Of a stretch of DNA of 64,000 bases, positions 35,501-47,000 are shown in pieces. The stretch spans positions 1,365,142-1,429,141 of the forward strand of contig BCKQ01000003.1 of NCBI GenBank assembly GCA_001600695.1, written 5' to 3'. The position numbers and the translations under genes are program-made. The first letter of the stretch is position 1. Every line of letters starts with the position of its first letter. The stretch comes from Ascoidea asiatica JCM 7603 (taxonomy: Eukaryota; Fungi; Ascomycota). The notes under the pieces were generated by a model that saw nothing but the letters and a program-made list of their open reading frames with translations, searched no databases and was not told where the DNA came from.

Positions 35501-36080
35501 TGAATTTATTTTTTGACCAATCTATTAAGATTCTATGTTTATTATTGATTAAAATTCTTTCAAATTCAGTTCTATTATATAATATATCTAATTTTAGTTC
35601 ATCATCAGTTGATAAATTTGTATTATTTAAAAAGATATTTGAAACAGTTCTTGAATTTCTTTCTTTAAGATTGTTATTGTTATCTTTTGAACTATTATTG
35701 TTGTTTTCATTACTATCATTGATTGGAATTGAATATAAACCATTTTTATCAAAAATGAAATTTGGTAGATTATAAATTTTTAATCTTTTATACATATAAG
35801 ACAAAGCTTTGATTTGTAAATCTATATCATCTTCATTTTGACCTTGAATGTAAGAAGGAATTTTTTGATAAGAAGAGAATTTATTATAAATTGCATCAGA
35901 ATCAGATTCTATAGAATCTATTGAATCTGTGGATTCAGTCTGATCAGTTATAGATTTTAACGAATTATTCTCATTTTCATTTTGAAATTCATTATCATTT
36001 TCATTGTCACTATTAGAATCAATTTCCAAATCACTGTTATTTGTGTTATTTGACCAAATAGCACTCAAAAGACGATTCAT
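32520..36080 (-). CDS. Hypothetical 1186-aa Ser/Asn-rich protein with a globular N-terminal domain
   Basis: Long ATG-initiated ORF; ordered segments at about aa 85-310 (YMYKRLKIYNLPNF...LQRLSFHVQVKRIF) and a short C-terminal helix; family not recognised. Confidence 0.8.
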   Translation of the reverse strand: MNRLLSAIWSNNTNNSDLEIDSNSDNENDNEFQNENENNSLKSITDQTESTDSIDSIESDSDAIYNKFSSYQKIPSYIQGQNEDDIDLQIKALSYMYKRLKIYNLPNFIFDKNGLYSIPINDSNENNNNSSKDNNNNLKERNSRTVSNIFLNNTNLSTDDELKLDILYNRTEFERILINNKHRILIDWSKNKFRSLLILSEPPKFLKNLPNLNPINKFFKFSILNSSSNLSNYIHILVNQSNFYIEHNIDKNFKKFFVKDSYNFQWNLILSQNRNFLNKDDRNNIIQGYLQRLSFHVQVKRIFNVYLFNATHLNNSSNISNSSINSNSTLEPTDSNEINFSDNFSNTLTDNNHDNDNEIYSDIENDNNSNFEEKIQINIQNQNINYINNQIFDNNSDNYIDNNINTNINKYNNDSNDNNVKNNNDDNNSYNYTPLSFNNLLNPTPIDQDYQSYISSHDSNDDYSNVPHYARPTSSSSSRSRKSSLTTSFSNNNFKNNKNNNNLLPKRPRSRAQLRQFHHTLKESSSKDIDNIDSKTFLSSLSPIAKSPLIKKDILSPLTPDTGKSLPTSFISNDNTNKIHLNSDSISSTTTTTTSTTTTFSHSNYKRFSTSTLGSSYSNSHHSFNKSKLKLRSPKSPIISPIENLLSHTPSPKRLSLIENQIQVLKRSSISQKDSNTYSLLTTTRNSSPNSSRRNSKTNGRILVLSDPNLVTNSPTSDLHYAMEKKLKNLSISSLDSAIEENSNPNSNNSSATSSISSTSAISFNTDSNENHEMNEHLQLGQDSRGNHQVLKKHNKILSLTVPDYLSGRNDHKNYSNELLNRKRSKSTLESNSRRTLKPLNINTFNSNTAIRTLSKAKSISNIKSEYSLAEEFNKTIMHSDLENNELKINRPTTSLSITKNAYSKKHYKDISIESKILLNSESRLSSRSRSPNMVSKNNAILNRGNLSTDYKSPIGGVIQSNNVLLSDLNSSNRSSILSSFPQTSTTSNKHKSFINSNPTLRKRQSMTILTLDSYYDSTKMIGNRNDGYSSDGASSIHSASTEDLSRYSTETKNLTNILIPKKLNNSSSPGSLLGRGFYSYGNSSRKQSKFSPTWFSEPEYDVPFEQKISILEDCRIAVKMRIDRERQLLRGRTITDFSDTKTGTGENSPNEEENDIYGMNYFLVNDVQQDPMIDIIIEEAGEDVD

Positions 36081-37572
36081 TAATTATAAAATTATTATAT
36101 TAATATTATTAAATTCAATGACATTTAAATGTTAATTTTGATTAATGAGTAGTTATATACTATGTTATAATAAATGAGAAGAAATAAGAAACTGAAATAA
36201 CTTTTATTAAATTAAGAAAAATGGGTAAATAGGAATCAAAAGAATTTATTGAAAATTTTAGTTGGATAAAATAATGAATGAAATTATTTTCAATAATTCA
36301 CAGTTAATTAGTACTTTGACAAATGTTTTAAGATATAAAGATAATTGATTAGATATTATAGTTATGATTATTTAATGGATTCAATAATTGAATAAATCAG
36401 AATGAAGTGTAGTGATATTTTGATTTATTTATTTATTAATTGATTGATTGATTGATTGATTGATTTGGTGTTTGAGTAATTTAATTATTAAGTGATGGTC
36501 TATTGAATATACCAATAGAGTAGTTATAAATTAATATCGTTCTTTAATTCATTAATTTATTAATTCTGGAATTGTTTTACTCTTTAATTATTTGATTGTT
36601 TTATTCCTTAATTGCTTAAAGTCTTAATAGTTTCCTTGTTTAATCCTTTGATACTGTAACGTTAATTTATTCTTTCTGTATTTAATTGTTGTTAAGTTAC
36701 GGTGGTTTGAAAGTGCACCGGCAAAGAGATTTAGCTTAGCTTAACTTAGCTTAATGTTAATATGTTAACAGTATTACCTGAAATTTGAAAAGGTTAATTC
36801 AGAACCTTTAAAGAGTAAAATTATATTACAAACTAAAAAATATTAATAACAATACTAGAAAATCAATAAACAATACTGTAATCAATAATCAAATCAATAA
36901 TAATGGAGAAATATGTAGATATGGATTCAATTTGAAAAAACAAATATTACTACTACAGTTCGCTCTGCTAGAATAGATTTTTAAACAATTCAAGAGAATG
37001 GAAAAAACAGGATACGAATAAAACAATAATAATAGACATTTAATGACTATTGAACATTTGATTTGATCAATAAAATGAATATTTTAAATATTTGAACAAA
37101 TAAGAGCTAATAATTAAGTAAAATTTTAGGTAAATAAATAATTAAATAGTAAAATAAATATTAAAATAAAAAAATTCTGATAATTATTATTTTTCATATC
37201 ATCATTCTACATTTCGAATCATCAATTTAATCATCATTTCATTCATTAGATAATTTCAATTATTCAACAGATGAGCTCTTAAAAGCTTTTTTGAGATTGA
37301 ATGAGCTTGAAATAACTTGACTTGACTTTTTCTTTAGAGCTATTTCGGTTTATTTTGAGGAAATAATCACCATTTTCTTTGTGTAATTTTAATTTCAGGT
37401 CTTTTCGCTGGATCTGGCCACTCACAAGCTGAGCTGAGCTTATGCTCTTAGAAGGCTTCCATCCCTGCGATCCGTGTCTGTGGTCTCAGAGTTTGCAATT
37501 GTCGGTCAAAGTGGAAGTGCCACGTACAGCACCAGCATATTTCAAGAAATATGTGGCGCATTAAAAGATTGC

Positions 37573-37880
37573 TGAGTCATCAATTGGCACATGTTTTAAT
37601 TGAGACCATAAATGTGGGCTTTGATCGTTTGTAAATGCATAAATATACTTACTAATACACTTATACACGTCCTTTAGCGGACAATTTAATCCAGCCAATC
37701 AGAAGCGACTAGCCAGTCAGGCTGCTTCGGATGCTCGAGAAAAGTCGAAATTGCTTGGAAAATTGCTGTTTTCGGTCACAAATTGCCGCGAGTTTTGTGC
37801 TTCCAACAGGAAAGAACAAAAGAGAAAAATTTTGAAAGGCTGTAATAAGCACGTGAGCGAGATAAGCACTGGATTAGTAA
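37573..37880 (+). promoter_or_regulatory. DRE2 promoter: Yap (TTACTAA/TTAGTAA), CCAAT, AP-1/Gcn4 and CACGTG motifs
   Basis: TGAGTCA ~37573, TTACTAA 37649-37655, CCAAT 37695-37699, CACGTG 37850-37855, TTAGTAA 37874-37880. Confidence 0.5.
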
Positions 37881-38095
37881 TTAAAATCATTATTAGATGG
37901 AATTTTTACTCAACGGTAAAAATCCATCAAAATTTCATTTTTGATTTGAAAATAATTTTATTCTCAAGTCTATTTCTTATCATTATCATTATCATTTATA
38001 AAACTATTATTATTATTATATATTTCACTTAATTTTCCTTTTAAAAATATTACTTTATTCAATAAAATAGATATTTCAAAATACAGTATATCAAA

Positions 38096-38597
38096 ATGTC
38101 AGATCATTTATTATTAATATTGGATTCATCAATAATTTCAAGTCCTGATAAAGTTGAAATTTTTAAAAATTTATTAACAAAAAAATACTCAAATTCCATA
38201 ATATCACAATATTTTATTGAAATTTTAATCAATAATGAGAAAAAGATAGTTTCAAATAATTTAAATAAATTTAATTATATATATTACTTAACTATTTCAA
38301 ATTATGACTATTTTATAAAAAATCTATCAATAGATCAAAAAAATCAGGATAGTAACCTATTAGAAGAATCAAATAACATTAATAATAGTAATAGTAATCA
38401 ATATAACATTGATGATAAATTTTTATCAATAATTTTCAAACTATTAAATTCTGATGGAAAATTTTATTATTTAAAAACTTTAAATGAAAAAAATGATTTA
38501 AGTTTTTTATCGATCTCAAATGGATTGATAATTATAAATAATTATTTATTCAAACCAGATTTATCAAATAACCAAGTTACTCTTAACCTTAATAGTA

Positions 38598-38633
<36 letters not shown>

Positions 38634-39304
38634 TTAGTAATAAGAGTGTTAAAAGAAAACTACCAACATTCAAAAGAAAAATTATCAAAGAAGAAATACC
38701 TAAAAGAGATAATATAGGTGATAAACTAAAATTTTTCAATAATTTCTCAGATAGTGATAATGAAAATGATGATGATAATGATATTGTTATGGATATTGAT
38801 TTCACCGATGATTTTAACTTAAATCCAAATAATAATAACTCATCTTCCTCATCTGTATTAGATAATATAAATACTACTAATAATATAAGTAACATTGATG
38901 ACGATGAATATTTATTAAAAAATTCTAAGTTACTAAATAACAAAATTGAATTAAATAATTTAAATTTTGATTCAACTTGTAATTTAGATCAAAAGAAGAG
39001 AAAAAAAGCTTGTAAAGATTGTACATGTGGTTTAAAAGAAATTGAAGAAATGGAAATATCTAAACATTTATTGAATCAGAGTAAAATTATAAATGAAGAA
39101 AATGAAATCAAAGATGTAAATAAAGTTCTAATAGATAATGAAGATTTAGCAGAGATTGATTTTACTATTCAAGGTAAAACTGGTGGTTGTGGTTCATGTT
39201 CTTTAGGTGATGCTTTCAGATGTGATGGCTGTCCATATCTTGGTTTACCTCCTTTCAAACCTGGTGAAATTGTTTCAATTGATGGTTTTGGTGAAGATCT
39301 TTAG
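38096..39304 (+). CDS. DRE2: Fe-S cluster assembly protein Dre2/anamorsin
   Basis: [16 protein letters not shown] and [29 protein letters not shown]. Confidence 0.96.
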
Positions 39305-40971
39305 ATTCAAATATATAATAAAGTAAGAATATGAATATTTTTTTATGTTTCGTATTCAGTAGTGTAAAAATAATATATTGATTTCATAACTAAAGTTATC
39401 AATAATTTTAATAAAAGTTTATTTCAAGAACCTTAGTGACAAATCTGTTTGTTATAATCCAGTTGCATTTGTCAAACAAATAATAAAATCATATTTCCTA
39501 AATCCGCTTAGTCAGCACTTAATCTGGCCCTTTGCAGAGCTTCAGGCAGTCGTCGTAATTGTTTCGAGTAAGAGCATCCGCAGAGGAAAGCAGGGACTCG
39601 TGGTGACCTACAGCACCGCCACCGGTTTTGCAGCGCGCAAAACTACCCAGAGCAAAACAACAACAGAACAAATGTGTTAGAACAAAGCGCAAAAGATTCG
39701 ATTTTGTGGCGGTGTTGGTCAATGTCCTTTCACCCATGTCCCTGGTTCTGGGTTTAAGCTTAAATTGTCATGAAAAGTTTAAATTTCTGCATTGCAAGTC
39801 TTTGATGTTTATTTTCTTCTACCCAGTTTCGTAGTAAATTTATGCTGCTTTTTATTGGCGCTTTTGTGTTTTATTGGCTTTTGTTTTTTTTTCTTCTACG
39901 ATTTTACTTTGAAATTCATCTCTGTTTTTTTTTCTCCTTTTTGAAATTTTGATGTGATCATGTTTTATTTGTAACAAGTTTGTTGCTTCTCTGATGGTAC
40001 TCGAAGCATATTCGAGAGATATTCAAGAGATATTTAGGGAACATGGAGCAGATACTACTAGTACAAATTCATACTTTCAAGTATTTATTCCCAGGCTTGT
40101 AATATGTAGGTTAAGTTAAGTTATTTAGTAGAGCAACCCTTTTCTATTCTGCTAACCATCTCCGATCTCCAACTGAAATGCCAGCTACATATTCTGTATG
40201 TTGAAAGATAAAGCAAATCAGTTTTTTTTTTTTTTTTTGCTAGTCTTATTAATATTTATCGTAATTAGTATCGTACTGTGTTACAATATTGTAATATTTA
40301 TTCTATTGAAATTGTAAATAAGTATATAATTTTGTTCTCTTTTTTTCTCTCAAAATCAAGCTTTCTTTTTCATTTCGCATTTGAAAGTCATTTTATTTTT
40401 CTAGAAATTTGAGATGAAATTGGTTTGAAATTGTAATATTTTACTCTATTTCCCTTTTAAACTTTCCATATCTTTATTTTTAAACTTTTTCTTTGTTTTT
40501 TTTTCTCATCCATTACGTTTAAAATTATTGTACAAATAATTTTATTTAACTATTTTTTAAATACTATTTGTTTATTATTTATCTGCCATATTTAAATTTT
40601 CATATATAAAACATATTCCCCCTTTTTTCCTTATATTTCTTTTAAGTTACAAATAAATTCAAATAATTTGTTTATTTAAAATTAAAAAAACCCTTAATAG
40701 ATTACTGTATTATATTTACGAGTGTTGTAGTAGATGTTAAGTTTTATAATAACCTTACATTTATTATAAAAACATATTAATTTATATAACTATATTTATA
40801 TTCATATTCATATTTATAGTCATATTCATTTACATTCCAAAATCCATAATCCATATTTTATAATCAGTATTTCATAATCTATATTTTATAATATATTTTA
40901 CATTCGATAATAAATTAATCAACCCATTTTCCATACTCAACACTTCATATTTATTAATTTCTCTTTTGAAA

Positions 40972-42753
40972 ATGGAAACTTATCATGGAATAATCCTAAC
41001 GACTTCAGATGCCATTCTTTTAATGGAAGCTTCAAGATTAGGTATTATACCAAAAGTTACAAAACGTTTAACTGAAAATCAAAGAAGTTTAATAACTTCA
41101 GGTTCAATATTTATTTGGGATGAATCTGAAGCAAAAATGAAAAGATGGACTGATGGTAGATCTTGGTCTGCTTCTAGAGTTTCTGGTTATTTTTTAAATT
41201 ATAAAGAAATGGAATTGAATGATCCTCAAATTCAATCAAATTATAATAATAGTAATTATAATAACAGTCAAAATTCAGATGATAATTCAAATTTAATAAT
41301 AAATGAAAGTTTGAAAAGTTTACCAATGTATACTTATAAACTTAATGGTTTAATTAAACAAAGTTTTTCTTTGAAAACTTTAGATGGTAGAAAATTGCAT
41401 TTAATAGCTTATTTAAAAAATAATATTGATATAAATAATCATAATTTAAAAATTCCTTCTGAAGATACAATTTTAAAATCAATTAAAGTTAAAAAAAATA
41501 TCTATCCAAAAGAATTTAATGATTCAAATGATTTAAATAATATTAATATTATTAATAATATTAATGATGAAATTACTGAATTTAATAAAGTTACTCCAAT
41601 TGCTAAAAGTTTCAATAGTAATGAAAAAACAGATAATACGAGTACTACTAGTAATAATAGTAATCAGAATTCTGATATATCAAAGAATCCATTATATTCA
41701 TTAGCTTCAATTTCTTCAATGATTTTAACCGCCGATAAATCTATAACCAATAATAATATAAACAACAATGGAAATAAAAATAATGATAATTTCAAAAATT
41801 CTAGTGAGAATAAATCAATTTCAAATGATCGACAAATTAAAGATAAAGATAAATCTAAATCAAGAATTTCAAAATCAAAAAAATCAAAATTATTCAATAA
41901 ATTTAACAATAATGAAGAAACTTTATTAAAATTACAGAAATCATCACCGGTTTTATCAATCAAATCTAATTCAAATCTGAAAAATAATTTATTAGATAAT
42001 CCACTACCTCCAATAAATCAAATTAGACAACTACCATTACCAAATTTAAATCATTACCAAGATAATCTACAACCAAGAAGAGATAGTTGTTTACAACCTA
42101 AATTTTCAAATATTATGAATAATGTAAATTATGATCAAAGAATAAAATTACCTAATAATTATCCTCAATCAAATAATTCGTTAGTTACACCATCTAATTC
42201 AACAGTTCAACCTTATTCAAATCAATATTTAGGAAATATGAATATTTTACAAAATCAAATTCCTATACACAATTCCCATAATGTCAATCCTGGCTATGCA
42301 AATAAAACTTATATTCCAAATCCAATGTCTAATTCAATGCCTAATTTAATGCCTAGTTTAATGCCTAATTTAATGCCTAATGCAATGCCAAATCCATCAC
42401 CTAATACAATACCGATTCATGATTATAATACTAGACCTGGAATAATACCACACTATAATAATAACAATAATATTCAATCAGAAAATATTAATAATCTTTA
42501 TATTTCTGAAAGAAATAATTTGCCACCTTTAAGATCTCCTGGCGATAATAGAACTTTTGGTGGAAATTATAATGGTTATAATGGAGTATATACTGAAGGA
42601 TCTGATGTATTGTATAATCCGGTACATGAGGATAGATCCATACCTAATGATAGATGCCAATATCATTCAGGGAAAACTGATCCAATTTCAAAAAGAAATG
42701 AAACTGATAAACAATTATTATATGCTTTAAATAAATCTTCTTTCAGATCATAA
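40972..42753 (+). CDS. PAC2: Gti1/Pac2 (WOPR) family transcription regulator, Pac2/Pth2 type
   Basis: ATG at 40972; METYHG..DAILLMEASRLG, SGSIFIWDESEAKMKRWTDGRSWSASRVSG, YKLNGLIKQSFS..GRKLHLIAY; C-terminal DKQLLYALNKSSF motif. Confidence 0.88.
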   Translation: METYHGIILTTSDAILLMEASRLGIIPKVTKRLTENQRSLITSGSIFIWDESEAKMKRWTDGRSWSASRVSGYFLNYKEMELNDPQIQSNYNNSNYNNSQNSDDNSNLIINESLKSLPMYTYKLNGLIKQSFSLKTLDGRKLHLIAYLKNNIDINNHNLKIPSEDTILKSIKVKKNIYPKEFNDSNDLNNINIINNINDEITEFNKVTPIAKSFNSNEKTDNTSTTSNNSNQNSDISKNPLYSLASISSMILTADKSITNNNINNNGNKNNDNFKNSSENKSISNDRQIKDKDKSKSRISKSKKSKLFNKFNNNEETLLKLQKSSPVLSIKSNSNLKNNLLDNPLPPINQIRQLPLPNLNHYQDNLQPRRDSCLQPKFSNIMNNVNYDQRIKLPNNYPQSNNSLVTPSNSTVQPYSNQYLGNMNILQNQIPIHNSHNVNPGYANKTYIPNPMSNSMPNLMPSLMPNLMPNAMPNPSPNTIPIHDYNTRPGIIPHYNNNNNIQSENINNLYISERNNLPPLRSPGDNRTFGGNYNGYNGVYTEGSDVLYNPVHEDRSIPNDRCQYHSGKTDPISKRNETDKQLLYALNKSSFRS

Positions 42754-44086
42754 AATTTGATCACATAATATATGATATTCAATAGGATGATATGTTTTGC
42801 ATTTGCTTCTCTACTGTGATTTATACAAATTTTATGATTGATTTCCTTCAAATACCCATTCTTTTTTTTTTATTTTTTTCCTCTAGTGTTAAATTGCTTT
42901 CTCGTTTCTTTTGTTTGCTTTCCATAGTTATTTTTGTATAGTATATTCAGAATTCACATCAATTTTTCCATTTATTTTCTTAAAAATTTTGCCACCAAAT
43001 GCAAAGCAAGCACAAAATCAATGCCAGTTAAACGGGTCTTTTCCCGAGGAAACCAGTCAACGTTAGCTGCCTTTTCTTCCCTTAATTTGCTTTAGATTTA
43101 GATTTTAATAAGGTGGCGCCAAGTGGCAGGTGGAATGCAAAATTGGTGGCGTAGCAAACTGTGTATCGGAAATAAAATTGCGTGTCGTGGTAGATTATCT
43201 ATCGAGCATTATCGCCAATTGGCTATCGATTTTCTCTAGGGCTAACCATTAATGCTACTACTACCGTAGTACTATCTACGGTGGTGGGTGGTGGTATAGA
43301 GAAATGTATCCTACGAGTATCAGTAGCTAACTTACAATTTTATTCTCATATTCATTTCTTTTCTTATTTAGAGCAAGGAATATCTTTATTATCTTTTTAT
43401 TTTATCTTTTTTTAATATCAGTTTATAAATTTGTTTACTATTCAATTTCATTTTTGTTTATAAAAAGTATTTAAAACTATTTCATTTCATTTCAATTCCA
43501 ATTACGTATGTATATTCTTTATCTGGTAAAAGTAGATAAATTGATACAAAATTCAATCATTTCATAAATCAAATGATTTCAATTTAAATTATGTTTTTGA
43601 CTCTTCTTAATTTTTAAACTTCAAATCTTTTGTTATCACAGTTACAACTGATAGAAATAACTAAATCCTCTTTGTCTTATCATTATTTTCTCACCATTTG
43701 ATCAATTAAGTTACATTTATATATATTCAAAAATATAAATATTATGAAAATACCCTTTTTTTAAAAGTAGAAATAAAGATATAATTCAGATAAAGAAAAT
43801 TTTTTTTATTCTAAAAACTGTGGAAATTAATGAAACCACACTAGAAAACTTCTAATTTATTATGGCTTTCTAAATTTACCTTTTATTCACAATTTCTTAT
43901 TAATCTCATTTATTATTCTGACCCTTTTAAACTAACTTATTTTTCTAGCTTTTTATCACAGCATTCTATAAACCACCCACAATTCATAGAATATCTAATA
44001 ATTAGTTAATAACTACTTTCAAATATTCTAGCTAATAGGCTATAGCTAATTTTAAATAACAAATAATCAAAGCATCGTAATTTATA

Positions 44087-47000
44087 ATGTCTGTTTCAAG
44101 AGGAAGATCCTCTTCAAACTTAGTTTCAACTAATAATATAAATTCTAATAATAATGCCATCAATAACAACTCTAATAGTGAATCTTTAGTTTTTTCTAAA
44201 AAAAAAGTATCTCATCCAAATAAAAAACCATTACAATTTTCAACTAAACGTTCAAGATCAAAATCAAAACCAAAATTTCCACCTCATTCTCGTTCCGTTT
44301 CTTATGGTAAAAATTTGAATAATATCAATAATAATTTATTATCATTAGCTCCCTTATCAAAAATAAAATCTTATGATCAAACTATTATATCGAATTCGAA
44401 TTCAGATTCAAACTTAAACTCAAATCAAAATATACATAAAATCTCATCAGTAACTGATTGTCTATATAGAACAAGATCAAAGTCAAAGCCAAAAGTTCAA
44501 TTTCCTTATAATTTTACAAATAATCCTGTTAACAATAATTCCACAATTAAATTATTTCCTCAAAAGAAAAAAATATCAAATTCAAATAAAAATATTTATC
44601 ATTTAAGAAATCAACAATTATCTAGAACAATATCCAACTCAAATAATAACTATACCAGTAATAAAGTTATTTATAGCAGTAGCAATAATATTAATAAAAA
44701 TAATAATATTAATTATAATAATAATCCTATTGCAAATAATAATTCAATTAATAGTATTATTAGTAACACTAATGTTAGAAATAAAAATAAAATCAGTACG
44801 AATAAGTCAACCTTTGAAATTGGCTCAGACAACGATTCAGATTCAGATTCTGAAAACAATAATTTCGAAGATTATTCTTCTGAATCAAGTTCAGATTCAA
44901 ACTCAAATTCAAATTCAACTGTAAATTCTGTTATAAAAGAATCAAATCCTTTAAGCTTAACAAAGAATAATAAAACCACTATTCAAAATAACATGAAAGA
45001 TATTCTTAAATCTAATAAAATTATAAATGAAATTAATACTCAAACTAATGATAAAGATAAGGATAAGGTTAAGGATAAGGATAAAGATAGAGATAATGAT
45101 CATGAATTAGAATCATATCAAAGTGTGGATGATTCTTTATTAAGCGCAAAATCAAATTTAAACTCAATTTCTCACCTAAACTCGAATGTTAATATTAAAA
45201 CTAACAATTCAAATGTTATTCCCACAGCTGATATTAAGAAATTAATTACTCAAAATATTCCAAGAAGTATACCAATTAATGACTCGATTAACAATTTAAA
45301 CCAAACATTTCTTTCTGCCAGGGATACTATAATAAGTATTCCAAATTCTTTTTCGACCTTAAATAATAATGATACTAATAAAAAAGATAATAATACTAAT
45401 ATTAATAACAATAATAACAATTATAACAATAATAACCATAATTACCATAATAACAAAAATAACAATAATGATAATGATAACAATAATGATAATAATGATA
45501 AAATCGATAATAATACTAGTAACCATACTACCACTGATAATAGTATTTCTCATAAATGTGATAGAAACTCAAAACTAGAAGTGATAATAAGTAATGACCA
45601 AAATGATAGTATGATTGAGGGACGTGAATCCAGTAAATCAGATGATTCAAACAATTTCAGCAATTCAAATGTTTCAAATGATTCCAACAATTTAAACATA
45701 TCTCCCAAAACTCCCAAAATTTCTCCAAAAAAAGTCTACACTAGTAAAATTCCTAATAAGAATATAGACTTCAAAAGTAATCAAACCAAAGAAATAAGTG
45801 ACAGAATAAATGAAAAAATAAACCAAAGAATTCTAAGTCCAACCTCTCCGACAGTCTCGATAAGTGACAAACCTTCTTTTTCTCCCACATTCAAAGCATC
45901 TCTTTTATTATCTCAGTCAATGGGAATAGAAACAAAAGTTCATTCTCCAACGCTAATTTCGAAATCAAAACTTGACCTAAACTTACACTCAAACAAAGAA
46001 CAAGGCTTTCAAATTCCTATTCCTTTACCTGCTAAAAACTTGACAGATTTATCAAAGGTCAATGTTGAGAAAACTGATCTTAAAAAGTCTCCCAAATCAA
46101 TCCCATCATCAACGTCTTCTTCGGTTAATAAGAAAAGTATAGAATCTAATAATTCTCTCAGTGGAAATAAAACCTTGGCTTCTATGAAGTTCAATAATTT
46201 TTTTAAAGAGTTCTATCAACCAAAATCTAAAATCAAGGCTGCTCCACCTTCCACTATAGTTTTCCCTACAATAAATACGACTACTGTGGGTAGAATATCT
46301 AACCACTCAACGACTATTAGAAAAAGCAAACAGGAATTAAGGACACAAAAGAAGTTAAATTTGATGAGAAAAGCTGCAATTCCTGATAGTCAATCAAGTT
46401 TAGCTTTAAATAACTTTTCTTTAAATTTTCCTATGCATTCTTTAAATGATAATTTAATGAATTCAAGTATTTATGGGTTTTCGGGTAATTCAAAGTCTAA
46501 CTCTCGTTCAAAGCCCAGATTAAATTACTCGATTATCGATTTATCTTTGAACGAAAGGGCCTTTTTAGACTATTCTAAGCTTAGGGCGTTTGAAAATCCA
46601 ATGCTAAATTCCTTAAGATGTCTTGAAATGTTTGAAAAAACACACCAAGATTTTGACTTTTCTGCTGACCTTCATGGCGACGGTGATAAAAGACATAATT
46701 TTGTGAAAAATATCCCAAAGGATGACGAGGCATGTAATAATTCCGTGAATACTTCTGCTGCTAAATCTGAAGAGCCCTCTCCAGTTATGGTAGATGTCCA
46801 TTCCCAGAATACAGTAGAAAAGAAAGATTTTATGCAGGGCTTAATAGATTTAAAAAATACTTATAGAGTAAATCCTCGACATGGGTTTTTCTATGATTCT
46901 TCAAAAGATAGGCCCCATTCTCTTCATAGAACTACTTCACAAATTACATTTTTTGGTACCAAACGTGAAAAGCAGATTCAGGACCCAGATTTAGTTGATG

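Noticed and set aside
5853-39834. Intergenic ORFs in GC-richer patches (5853, 9240, 16149, 20956, 23431, 37751, 39519, 39628)
   Set aside because: Mostly TTG/GTG starts, atypical codon usage and no recognisable domains; these look like promoter islands.
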